From NCBI GenBank assembly GCA_963825585.1, contig CAWGTX010000006.1, positions 963,905-1,027,904 on the forward strand: a stretch of 64,000 bases of DNA, read 5' to 3'. Position numbers and translations under genes: made by a program. Under the pieces are notes generated by a model, which saw nothing but the letters and a program-made list of their open reading frames with translations, was not told where the DNA came from and searched no databases. The DNA comes from an uncultured bacterium. GTDB lineage: Bacteria > Actinomycetota > Acidimicrobiia > Spongiisociales > ZC4RG35. Below are positions 1-8,389 of this stretch, in pieces. Numbering within the stretch: position 1 is the stretch's first letter; every line of letters starts with the position of its first letter.

Positions 1-741
1 CCACTCGACGTGACCGCGGACATCGCCGCGGGTTCGGTCACGCTGGCGGGGTCGGTGCCGGACGACGCCACGAAGACAAACGTGGTGGATGCCGCCATCG
101 CCGGATTCGGTGCCGGCAACGTCAGCGACCAGCTGAACGTTGCCGGCATCGAGCCCACCGCCGAGCTGACTTCAGCAGCCACCGACCTGGCCGCCCTGTT
201 GGGCGGTGCCGCTCCGGCTCTGTCCGAGGGCGCCGTCAACCTCCAGGAAACGGTCCTCACCGTTACCGGGACAGCCACCACCGTCGAGGGCGTCGGCACC
301 ATCAACGACGCACTGGCCGGGTTCACGAACGTGACGGTGACGTCCACGGTGGGGGCCGATCCCGGGCAGGCGGTCGACGCGCTCGGCGAGCTGCTGACGC
401 TGGAACCGATCACCTTCGAGTCCGGCTCCGACGTAATCACCAGCGAATCGGAAGAGACGCTGCTGACTGCCGTCGAGTATCTGACGGCGGCATTCGCCGC
501 CAACCCGGATCTGGCCGTCGAAATCGGGGGTCACACCGATGACCAGGGTGACGAAGGCTTCAACCAGGAACTCAGCCAGGCGCGGGCGAGCGCCGTGCTG
601 CAGTACCTGACCGACAGCGGCGTTCCCGCCGCCGGGCTGACCGCCACGGGGTACGGAGAGTCCGAGCCAGTGGCAGACAACGCAACATCCGAGGGGCGGG
701 CACAGAACCGTCGTATCGAGTTCACGATCGTGGAGGGCTGA
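1..741 (+). CDS. OmpA/MotB-family peptidoglycan-binding protein with N-terminal BON-like Ala/Gly/Thr-rich repeats; 5' end truncated by window
   Basis: C-terminal OmpA signature GGHTDDQGDEGFNQELSQARASAVLQYL...GYGESEPVADNATSEGRAQNRRIEF. Reading frame is open from nt 1 to stop at 741. Confidence 0.8.
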   Translation, partial: PLDVTADIAAGSVTLAGSVPDDATKTNVVDAAIAGFGAGNVSDQLNVAGIEPTAELTSAATDLAALLGGAAPALSEGAVNLQETVLTVTGTATTVEGVGTINDALAGFTNVTVTSTVGADPGQAVDALGELLTLEPITFESGSDVITSESEETLLTAVEYLTAAFAANPDLAVEIGGHTDDQGDEGFNQELSQARASAVLQYLTDSGVPAAGLTATGYGESEPVADNATSEGRAQNRRIEFTIVEG

Positions 742-745
742 GACG

Positions 746-1327
746 ATGAGGTACGTGTTCAACGAGATCTTCTGGTGGATCCTGGGAGCCCTCGTCGTGG
801 GGTTCCTGTTGGGCTGGTTGTTCTGGAAGTGTCGCGGGTGGCTGTCGGGTCGCGCCGGCGATGACAAGAACGTCGCCGAGATCACCGCACTCGCCGACAG
901 CAGAGCTGCCGAACTGGGAGACCTGCGGGTGCAGCTCGATGAGCGGTCCGCTTCGCTCGCCGAGCTGACCGCCCGAGCACAGACGACCGACTCCGAGATC
1001 CTCACGCTTCGGGCACGGGTAGCCGACCTGGAGCCGGCCCAGACCCGGGTCCGGAGGCTCGAAGCCGACGTGGCGGAACTCGGCGCTCTGAGGACGCGGG
1101 TCACAGACCTCGAGGCCGATCTACTGCGCCTACCCCAGTTGCACGATGAGGTCGGGACTCTCCAGGCCGCCAACTCCGAGATCCCCCGCCTTCGCGCCCG
1201 CATCGCCGAACTCGAAGCGGATGCTGCCGCAACGGGCACGGACCAGAGCGTGGCTCCGGGTGCCGCCATCGGGTTGGCAGGGCTCGGCTGGTGTCTCGCT
1301 CGACGGCGACGAAGAGCGGGCGGATGA
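746..1327 (+). CDS. N-terminally membrane-anchored coiled-coil protein (heptad-rich ELxxLRxRV repeats). May be fused by frameshift to the downstream HhH-repeat ORF.
   Basis: ATG 5 nt after the previous stop. Predicted TM helix IFWWILGALVVGFLLGWLFW, then a long coiled coil. Confidence 0.5.
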   Translation: MRYVFNEIFWWILGALVVGFLLGWLFWKCRGWLSGRAGDDKNVAEITALADSRAAELGDLRVQLDERSASLAELTARAQTTDSEILTLRARVADLEPAQTRVRRLEADVAELGALRTRVTDLEADLLRLPQLHDEVGTLQAANSEIPRLRARIAELEADAAATGTDQSVAPGAAIGLAGLGWCLARRRRRAGG

Positions 1328-1355
1328 GATCGAGGTTGTCGAAGTGGAACTGGAC

Positions 1356-2006
1356 ATGGAAACCGCTGCCGCGGTCCTCGGCCGGCGGATTGGACGCGAT
1401 GACCTGACCGTGGTCGAGGGCATCGGACCGAAGATCGCCGAGATCATCGAAGCCGACGGCATCGGCACCTGGCGTGCGCTGTCACGGGTCGAATCGTCAC
1501 ACATCAAGGGCCTGCTCGATGCGGCCGGACCCCGCTTCCAGATGCATGACCCGGGTACCTGGCCCGAGCAGGCCGGGCTGCTGGCCGACGGCCGGTGGGA
1601 CGAGTTCAAGGCACTGTCCGAGGTCCTCGACGGCGGTGTACGCGTCAATGGCCCTGGCGCCGAAGGTGTGGTCGGATTCGCCGGACTCGCCGCCGCGGCC
1701 GAGGTGGCTCCCGATCTCGACGCCGCCGTGGGCGTGCTGGGGTTCCGGCCCACACTCGACGATCTCAAGGTCATCGAAGGCATCGGTCCGGCCATCGAGA
1801 AGCTGATGAACGAAGCCGGAATCGGCACCTGGCGACGGATGTCGGACACAGACCCTGCGGTGCTGTCGGACATCCTCAACGAGGCCGGACCCCGCTTCCG
1901 GATCCACGATCCGGGCACCTGGCCGCGTCAGGCGGGTCTCCTCGCCGACGGGATGTGGGACGACTTCCGGCAGCTCACCGTGGACCTCAAGGGTGGCCGG
2001 GGGTAG
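1356..2006 (+). CDS. Protein with two tandem helix-hairpin-helix (DUF4332-like) motifs. Start uncertain; the ORF is open from 1146 in a different frame from 746..1327.
   Basis: Duplicated block DDLTVVEGIGPKIAEIIEADGIGTWRALS / DDLKVIEGIGPAIEKLMNEAGIGTWRRMS, each followed by GPRFxxHDPGTWPxQAGLLADGxWDxF. Confidence 0.5.
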   Translation: METAAAVLGRRIGRDDLTVVEGIGPKIAEIIEADGIGTWRALSRVESSHIKGLLDAAGPRFQMHDPGTWPEQAGLLADGRWDEFKALSEVLDGGVRVNGPGAEGVVGFAGLAAAAEVAPDLDAAVGVLGFRPTLDDLKVIEGIGPAIEKLMNEAGIGTWRRMSDTDPAVLSDILNEAGPRFRIHDPGTWPRQAGLLADGMWDDFRQLTVDLKGGRG

Positions 2007-2039
2007 CACTCCCGGCCACCGCCAACCCGCCAGCCGGTG

Positions 2040-2888
2040 TCACAGGCCTTTGGGATGCCACACGGTCTTGATCTCGGTGAAGGCTGCGATCAGATAGGGG
2101 CTCTGGGCATCCGCCTGGGGCCCCTTGACGATCCGCTTCATGTTCTCGGCGGCCGCCGTTTCGGCCTCCACCACCAACTCAGCCGGCGCTCCGGTCAGAT
2201 CGAGCACGTTGACGTCCATGTGACCGGCCATCCATGGGACCAGTTCGGCCGGCGAGCCGGTGAGCAGGTTGACCACTCCTCCGGGGACGTCGGAAACAGC
2301 CAGCGCCTCCGCCAATGCCACCGCCGGGATCGGCCTTCGCTCGGACGCCACCACCACCACGCTGTTGCCGGTCACGAGCGCCGGAGCCAACCGGGACACC
2401 AGCCCCAGCAACGGCAGTTCTGGTGGGGCGATCGTGCACACCACGCCGCTCGGCTCCGGCGTGGAGATGTTGAAGAACGGTCCCGAGACCGGGTTCAGGT
2501 TGCCGAACACCTGGGCGAACTTGTCGCACCACCCGGCGTACCAGACGAGCCGGTCGACCGTGGCGGCCACCTCGGTCTCGGAGTGACGACGCGATGAACC
2601 GGTCTCGCGCAGCTGATCCACGAACACCGCCGAACGTTCGTCGATCATCTCCGCCAGGCGGTACAGGATCTGACCGCGGTTGTAGCCGGTGCGCCCCGCC
2701 CACCCCGATTGGGCCGAACGGGCCGCCCGCACCGCGTCCCGCAGATCTTTGCGGGAGGCGAGCGCAACCCTGGCGATCACCTTGCCGTCGGAGTCGAGTG
2801 CCGGATAGGTCCGACCCGACTCGGAACGGGGGAACTGGCCTCCGATGTACAGCTTGTGGGTCTTTTTGACCCCGAGACGACCCGACAT
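2040..2888 (-). CDS. Aldehyde dehydrogenase-family paralogue lacking the catalytic domain (N-terminal NAD-binding half plus C-terminal oligomerisation tail only), 282 aa
   Basis: Starts MSGRLGVKKTHKLYIGGQF (ALDH N-terminal motif). Continues through the Rossmann region (WYAGWCDKF, TGNSVVVVAS) to NMKRIV, then straight to an ALDH-like tail AFTEIKTVW. No ELGGK or catalytic Cys block. Start ATG overlaps the upstream TGA (TGATG). Confidence 0.7.
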   Translation of the reverse strand: MSGRLGVKKTHKLYIGGQFPRSESGRTYPALDSDGKVIARVALASRKDLRDAVRAARSAQSGWAGRTGYNRGQILYRLAEMIDERSAVFVDQLRETGSSRRHSETEVAATVDRLVWYAGWCDKFAQVFGNLNPVSGPFFNISTPEPSGVVCTIAPPELPLLGLVSRLAPALVTGNSVVVVASERRPIPAVALAEALAVSDVPGGVVNLLTGSPAELVPWMAGHMDVNVLDLTGAPAELVVEAETAAAENMKRIVKGPQADAQSPYLIAAFTEIKTVWHPKGL

Positions 2889-4408
2889 CACATCCCCTCC
2901 ACATCGAGGTACGCCAACAGTCCGTGACGGCCGCCTTCGCGACCGAATCCGGACTCCTTGTATCCGCCGAAGGGGGAAGCGGGGTCGAACTTGTTGTAGG
3001 TGTTGGCCCACACCACGCCGCTCTGCAGGCGGTCGGCCATCCACAGGATGCGGCTTCCCTTCGTGGTCCACACCCCGGCGGCGAGACCGTAGGGGGTGTT
3101 GTTGGCCTTCTCCACCGCCTCCTCGGGGGTGCGAAAACTGAGGATCGACAGCACCGGCCCGAAGATCTCCTCCTGGGCGATCCGGTGACTCATCGACACT
3201 CCCGTGAACAGGGTGGGACGGAAGAAGAACCCGCGATCGGGGATGGCGCACTCGGGCTGGAACATCTCGGCGCCCTGCTCGGCCCCGGCGGCGACCAGCT
3301 CGTCGATCTTGGCGAGTTGCGCCGCCGAGTTGATGGCGCCCACGTCGGTGTTCTTGTCGAGTGGGTCGCCCACCCGGAGGGTGGCGAGACGGTTGCGCAA
3401 CTTCTCGACGAACAGGTCGTGGATCGACTCCTGGACGAAGAGCCTGGAACCGGCACAACACACGTGGCCCTGGTTGAAGAATATACCGTTGACCACGCCC
3501 TCGACCGCCTGGTCGATGGGGGCGTCGTCGAAGACGATGTGTGCACCCTTGCCTCCCAGCTCCAGCGTGAGCCGCTTGCCGGTGCCGGCGAGCTGGCGGC
3601 GGATCATCTTGCCGACTTCGGTCGACCCGGTGAAGGCGACCTTGTCGACGTCGGGGTGCGCCACCACCGCCGCCCCGGTGGCTCCGGCACCGGGTATCAC
3701 GTTGAGCACACCTGGTGGCAGTCCGGCTTCGGCGGCGATCTGGGCGAAGTGCAGTGCCGACAACGGTGTGGTCTCGGCCGGCTTCAGCACCACCGTGTTG
3801 CCGGTGGCGAGGGCCGGCGCAACCTTCCAGGCCAGCATGAGCAACGGGAAGTTCCACGGAATCACCTGACCGGCCACACCGAGCGGCTTCGGCATCGGGC
3901 CGGGAAAGGCGTACTCCAACTTGTCGGCCCATCCGGCGTAGTAGAAGAAATGGGCGGCCACCAGCGGAAGGTCGACGTCGCGGGACTCCCTGATCGGTTT
4001 ACCGCCGTCGAGCGTCTCGAGCACCGCCAGCTCCCGGGAGCGCTCTTGGACCATGCGGGCTATGCGGTAGAGGTACTTGGCACGCTCGGCGGGCACCAGC
4101 TTCGCCCAGGGCCCTGACGCCTTTCGTGCCGCCTGCACGGCCCGGTCGACATCGCGCTCGCCCGCCAGCGGAGCCTCGGCGAGGACTTCCTCTGTGGCGG
4201 GGTTGATGGTCTCGAACCACTTCTTGGAGAGTGGCGGACGGAAGTCGCCGTCGACGAAAACGCCGTAGCGATCACCGATCGAGACCATCGCGGTCGCTTC
4301 CCGGCTGGTCGCATAGGTCCAGTCGAGTGGTTCCGACGAGGGCACCGCTACGGACCCCGGGGAGTTCGCCGGGGAGCTGGCCGGGGCATTGTCGGTGGGT
4401 TCGCTCAT
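2888..4408 (-). CDS. NAD(P)+-dependent aldehyde dehydrogenase (full length, catalytic)
   Basis: ELGGKGAHIVFDDAPID and catalytic FFNQGHVCCAGSRLFV. PWNFPLLMLAWKVAPALATGNTVVLKPAE. Alternative internal start at about 4288 (MVSIGDRYGVFVDGDF). Confidence 0.9.
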   Translation of the reverse strand: MSEPTDNAPASSPANSPGSVAVPSSEPLDWTYATSREATAMVSIGDRYGVFVDGDFRPPLSKKWFETINPATEEVLAEAPLAGERDVDRAVQAARKASGPWAKLVPAERAKYLYRIARMVQERSRELAVLETLDGGKPIRESRDVDLPLVAAHFFYYAGWADKLEYAFPGPMPKPLGVAGQVIPWNFPLLMLAWKVAPALATGNTVVLKPAETTPLSALHFAQIAAEAGLPPGVLNVIPGAGATGAAVVAHPDVDKVAFTGSTEVGKMIRRQLAGTGKRLTLELGGKGAHIVFDDAPIDQAVEGVVNGIFFNQGHVCCAGSRLFVQESIHDLFVEKLRNRLATLRVGDPLDKNTDVGAINSAAQLAKIDELVAAGAEQGAEMFQPECAIPDRGFFFRPTLFTGVSMSHRIAQEEIFGPVLSILSFRTPEEAVEKANNTPYGLAAGVWTTKGSRILWMADRLQSGVVWANTYNKFDPASPFGGYKESGFGREGGRHGLLAYLDVEGM

Positions 4409-4412
4409 CGGG

Positions 4413-5369
4413 TCAGTCCTTCGTGAAGTAGTCGGGCGACTGGTAGCGGCCGGTCCGCAGATACGTCACCTGCATGAGGAGGTCGTTGAGCAGCGAGGAG
4501 GCGCCGAAGCGGAACCAGTCGGGTGACATCCAATCACGGCCGAGCGTCTCGTTCAGCACCACCAGGAAACGGATTGCCTCCTTGGAGGTTCTGATCCCGC
4601 CAGCGGGTTTCATGCCCACCTGCACTCCGGTGAGATGCCGGTAATCACGAATCGCCTCCAACATCACAAGTGTCACCGGGAGGGTGGCGGCTGGATTGAT
4701 CTTGCCGGTCGATGTCTTGATGAAGTCGGCGCCGGCTGCCATCGCAAGCATCGAGGCACGCCGCACGTCATCGAGGGTGCCCAGCTCACCGGTTTCGAGG
4801 ATCACCTTGAGATGCGCTTCGCCACACGCAGCCTTGACCGCCCTGATCTCGTCGTAGACCTCGAGGAAGCGACCCGACAGGAACGCCCCCCGGTCGATCA
4901 CCATGTCGACCTCGTCGGCGCCCATCTCGACCACTCGCCGAACCTCGTCCACCTTGATGTCGAGCGGTGCCTGCCCCGATGGGAAGTAGGTGGCGACCGA
5001 CGCCACCTTCACTCCGCTGTCGCCCAGTGCCTGGCGGGCGATCGGCACCATGTTCGGGTAGACGCAGATGGCGGCTACCGATGGGATCGACGGGTCGCTC
5101 GGATCGGGGCGGATCCCCTTGGCGGACAGTTGACGGACCTTGCCGGGCGTGTCCTTGCCTTCGAGCGTCGTGAGGTCACACATTCGGATGGCGAGCTCGA
5201 GAGCCGCCATCTTCGATTCCTTCTTGATCGACCTGGTCGACAGCGTCGCCACCCGTTCGGTGGCGGCCACCTCGTCGACCGAGGTCACACCACGCACGAA
5301 CGCATCGATCGAGGCACACGTGGCGCGTTCGCCGAGATCGCCGGGGATGGAGACGGCTGGCACGGTCAT
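4413..5369 (-). CDS. deoC: Deoxyribose-phosphate aldolase, long (about 318 aa) form
   Basis: DERA motifs VAAICVYP, GADEVDMVI, FIKTSTG, MKPAGGIRT. Sits 4 nt upstream of the ALDH gene, the classic deoC-plus-acetaldehyde-DH pairing. Confidence 0.9.
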   Translation of the reverse strand: MTVPAVSIPGDLGERATCASIDAFVRGVTSVDEVAATERVATLSTRSIKKESKMAALELAIRMCDLTTLEGKDTPGKVRQLSAKGIRPDPSDPSIPSVAAICVYPNMVPIARQALGDSGVKVASVATYFPSGQAPLDIKVDEVRRVVEMGADEVDMVIDRGAFLSGRFLEVYDEIRAVKAACGEAHLKVILETGELGTLDDVRRASMLAMAAGADFIKTSTGKINPAATLPVTLVMLEAIRDYRHLTGVQVGMKPAGGIRTSKEAIRFLVVLNETLGRDWMSPDWFRFGASSLLNDLLMQVTYLRTGRYQSPDYFTKD

Positions 5370-5430
5370 ACGGTCTGATCCTAGGTCGCCCCTCGGATCG
5401 AATGATTCCGTGACCTCATCGAACCGGACG

Positions 5431-5916
5431 TCACGACGACGTGAAGTATCGGCTGCGGAAGTAGCCGAGTGCCGCTGCCTCCGTGTCGCCCACGGAGAGT
5501 CGTTCCACCAACCCGAGGAAGATCAGGTGGTCGCCGCCCTCATACGTGGCGTGCGAACTGCACTCGAACGTCGCCAGCGCCCCCGGCAGGACCGGGAGTC
5601 CGGCGTGGCCAGGGGCCCAGTCGATACCGTCGAACCGGTCGACACCCTTGGCGGCGAAACGGATGGACAGATCCTCCTGCTCGGCTCCCAGCACGTGGAC
5701 GACGAAGCCGTTGTCGGCGGTGAACGCATCGAGGTTGGCGGAACTCCTGCCGAGCGAGAACTGAACCAGCGGCGGGTCGAGCGACACCGAGACGAAGGAG
5801 TTGGCGGTCAACCCCGAGGGAACGCCGTCGGCGTCGAGGGTGGTGACGATCGTCACCCCGGTCATGAACTGGCCGGCGGCGTTTCGGAACTCGCGCGGTT
5901 CGATCTCGTGTTCCAC
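5431..5916 (-). CDS. Flavin reductase-like (FMN-binding split-barrel) NAD(P)H:flavin oxidoreductase
   Basis: FRNAAGQFMTGVTIVTT...SFVSVSLDPPLVQFSL, typical of the HpaC/flavin reductase domain. Confidence 0.85.
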   Translation of the reverse strand: MEHEIEPREFRNAAGQFMTGVTIVTTLDADGVPSGLTANSFVSVSLDPPLVQFSLGRSSANLDAFTADNGFVVHVLGAEQEDLSIRFAAKGVDRFDGIDWAPGHAGLPVLPGALATFECSSHATYEGGDHLIFLGLVERLSVGDTEAAALGYFRSRYFTSS

Positions 5917-5987
5917 TCCCGCTCCTGCCCTCGCCGTCGACTACCAAACAACATTCTGACATGGCGACGACGCGATGCCAGGACTTC

Positions 5988-6067
5988 GAGCAACGAGCAA
6001 CGAGCAACGAGCAACGAGCAACGAGCAACGAGCAACGAGCAACGAGCAACGAGCAACGAGCAACGAG
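5988..6067. repeat. 7-bp microsatellite (GAGCAAC)n, about 11.4 tandem copies, intergenic
   Basis: Perfect tandem caacgag/gagcaac units, read directly. Produces the SLLVARC/SNEQRAT periodic artefact ORFs in both strands. Confidence 0.95.
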
Positions 6068-6111
6068 CATGTATCCACCTTCCGCGCGATGAGGTCGCCC
6101 GGATAGGGAGT

Positions 6112-6336
6112 AACTTTGTCCCCCTCGAGCTTGCGAGAGGGGGAAGGGGCCCCCACGAGGAACGAGTGGGGTAGGGGGGGCCTATCCCTCGCGAGCATGA
6201 TGACGCGTTCCTGTGCCTCGCGTCGCCTGAGGACGCGCTCCCGATCGCGTGCGAGTTCATCTCGCGGGCTTTCGACCCCCCTACCCCGTTCGTTCCTCAC
6301 GGGGACCCCTTCCCCCACTCCGTGGGGGACAAACTT
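6112..6336. repeat. MITE/REP-like GC-rich element: two about 65-bp inverted arms (6112..6180 and 6276..6336) around a 95-bp core. A solo arm copy lies at 37017..37075.
   Basis: Left arm aactttgtccccctcgag...gggggaaggggcccccacgaggaacgagtggggtaggggggg. Right arm is its near reverse complement, cccccctaccccgttcgttcctcacggggaccccttcccccactccgtgggggacaaactt. Internal G/C hairpins (ccccctc/gaggggg, ggggcccc). Confidence 0.8.
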
Positions 6337-6349
6337 GTGCGCTCTCGGA

Positions 6350-7006
6350 TCAGCCCTCAGCGCCGAGGAGAGGCAGACATGACTCGACGCCTTCGATCGT
6401 CACATCGGTCCGCCGGCCGGCTTCCCATTCGTTGCGCTCGAGCACGTAGCGTCGGATGACCGCTGCGGTTCCCCGTGGAACCTCGATGTCGAACCCGTTG
6501 TCGCGATAGCCGAGGGACCGCGTGACGCCGGTCGATGCCGGGTTGTCTTCGAACGCCTCGGTGAACGCCGTGGTCGCACCCAGGCCTTCGAATCCGAGCG
6601 TGAGAACCGCTGCCCGCATCTCCTTGCCGAGCCCCTGGCCATGGTGTCGACGCGACAGCCAGCTGCCAGTGTTGATCGCCTTTCGGGTTGCGAACGAGCG
6701 GGCGCCGATACCCTGGATGCCGATGGGACGGCCTTCCAGGTAGACGGCGAACTCGAGCCACCACTCCTCCGGCTTCCAGTTCGCCCGCCGGTTCCAGTGG
6801 TACTGGAGCGACGAGCGCCGTATCTCGTCGGGCTCGGCGTCGGTCCATGCGAACGTGAACGGCATGACCGCCGGATCATGGATGCCGTCGACGGCGACCT
6901 GCGCCAGCTCCACCAGATCCTGGTCCAACGGCAGTGCCAGCTCGAGGCGCGGCGTCGTCAGTCGGATCCCGAAGAACGGCCAGATCGCGGCGAGTTGATC
7001 CCTCAT
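6350..7006 (-). CDS. GNAT-family N-acetyltransferase (RimJ/RimL-like)
   Basis: Start MRDQLAAIWPFFGIRLTTPRLELALPLDQD; ...GQGLGKEMRAAVLTLGFEGLG. ATG 7004-7006 overlaps the upstream stop (ATGA). The 311-aa track ORF over-extends its N-terminus. Confidence 0.75.
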   Translation of the reverse strand: MRDQLAAIWPFFGIRLTTPRLELALPLDQDLVELAQVAVDGIHDPAVMPFTFAWTDAEPDEIRRSSLQYHWNRRANWKPEEWWLEFAVYLEGRPIGIQGIGARSFATRKAINTGSWLSRRHHGQGLGKEMRAAVLTLGFEGLGATTAFTEAFEDNPASTGVTRSLGYRDNGFDIEVPRGTAAVIRRYVLERNEWEAGRRTDVTIEGVESCLPLLGAEG

Positions 7007-8319
7007 CGGGGCCCGTCTGGTTCGGGACCGAGCGGCGGGGCCGGCGAATTCCGGAGCGTGCCCGCCCAGGCGGCCACTGCGGCCACATACCGATCCACGT
7101 CGCCATCGGTGATCTCCAGGGAGAGCGCGATGAACCCGCGCCTCGCGACGTAGAAGCCGGCGGCGAGGCTGGCGAAGAACCACAAGTGCCGGAGGCGTTC
7201 GTCGCCACCGACCAGGTCGTCGACCGACCGCACCGGCCCGGCGACCGGATGAACCGTGAGGATCGAGCCGACGCCAGTGGCGCACATCCCCACGGGGGCG
7301 AGCACCTCTTCGAGTCTCGCCCTGAGGTGGTCACCCCGGGCGTTGAGGGCGACCAGACGCTCGTCGTCGAGCACCTCCCCGATGGCGGCCACGCCGGCCG
7401 CCATCGAGACCACGTTGTTGTTGAAGGTCCCGGCGTGGGCCAACGATCCTCCGGTTGCCGGGTCGTACGCCGCCATGATGGAGCGTCGCCCGCCAAAGGC
7501 ACCGAAGGTCATTCCACCGGCGAGATACTTGCCGAGGGTGGTCATGTCGGGGAGCACCCCGGTGAGCTGCTGGCATCCACCCGGTGAGAGGCGGCTCGTC
7601 ATCACCTCGTCGAACACCAGGATGGCACCGTGCCGGTCACACAGCTCGCGAAGCCCCTCCAGAAAACCCGGCCCAGCCGGGATACACCCCGACGACCCTT
7701 GCATCGGCTCCACCACCACGCACCCGATGTCATTGCCGGACTCCGACATCAGCTGATCGCACGACTCCAGGTCGTTGAACCGGGCGATCGACCACCGGTG
7801 CGGCACGTTCACCTCGCGCCCATTCGACCCGAACGTCAGAACGCCACCGTGATAGCCGCCATCGAAGACGAGCACACCGCTGCGGCCGGTGTGATGGAGG
7901 GCGGTGGCGATGGCCATCAGGTTGGCCTCGGTGCCGGAGTTGGTGAAGCGCACCTGCTCGATCGATGGGAAACGACCCACGATCAGCTCGGCGAGACGAA
8001 CCTCGTCCTCGTGGACGGCGCCGTAGGCGATGCCCCGATCGACGGCCTTGTGAATGGCGCCGGTGATGTCGACCGGTGAGTGCCCGAACAGCCCGGCGGT
8101 GTAGTTGCCCAGCAGATCGATGTAGGTGTGGCCCTCGGCATCGTGGAGGTGTTTCCCCTCTGCCTGCGTGACCCGGATGGGGAACGGATCGACGTGCAGC
8201 ACCGTGCGCGTGTTGCCGCCGGGCATGACCGCCGAGGCCCGCTCCCACCAGCTCCGGCACACGGGATGAGCCGCCACGTACCGCTCATTTGCGGCGCCGA
8301 CCAGCCGATCGAGGTCCAT
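7003..8319 (-). CDS. Class-III (PLP) aminotransferase, glutamate-1-semialdehyde aminomutase-like
   Basis: GGNTRTV...AEGxHLHDAEGHTYIDLLGNY...FTNSGTEANL...VFDEVMTSR, a class III aminotransferase pattern. Confidence 0.85.
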   Translation of the reverse strand: MDLDRLVGAANERYVAAHPVCRSWWERASAVMPGGNTRTVLHVDPFPIRVTQAEGKHLHDAEGHTYIDLLGNYTAGLFGHSPVDITGAIHKAVDRGIAYGAVHEDEVRLAELIVGRFPSIEQVRFTNSGTEANLMAIATALHHTGRSGVLVFDGGYHGGVLTFGSNGREVNVPHRWSIARFNDLESCDQLMSESGNDIGCVVVEPMQGSSGCIPAGPGFLEGLRELCDRHGAILVFDEVMTSRLSPGGCQQLTGVLPDMTTLGKYLAGGMTFGAFGGRRSIMAAYDPATGGSLAHAGTFNNNVVSMAAGVAAIGEVLDDERLVALNARGDHLRARLEEVLAPVGMCATGVGSILTVHPVAGPVRSVDDLVGGDERLRHLWFFASLAAGFYVARRGFIALSLEITDGDVDRYVAAVAAWAGTLRNSPAPPLGPEPDGPR

Positions 8320-8389
8320 ACCGCGACTCTATCCTGCCGTCACGGGCGCCAACGCCGGAAGGCTTGGGGCGAACCACTACATTGCAGCC

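Noticed and set aside
2040-3932. Single 630-aa minus ORF
   Set aside because: Actually the C-terminal 282 codons are a separate ALDH-like gene starting at ATG 2886-2888. The upstream 348 codons are the out-of-frame shadow of the catalytic ALDH (2888..4408).
5940-6340. CRISPR array
   Set aside because: The repeats are 7-bp and 8-bp units without spacers of 25-40 bp. No cas genes in the window.
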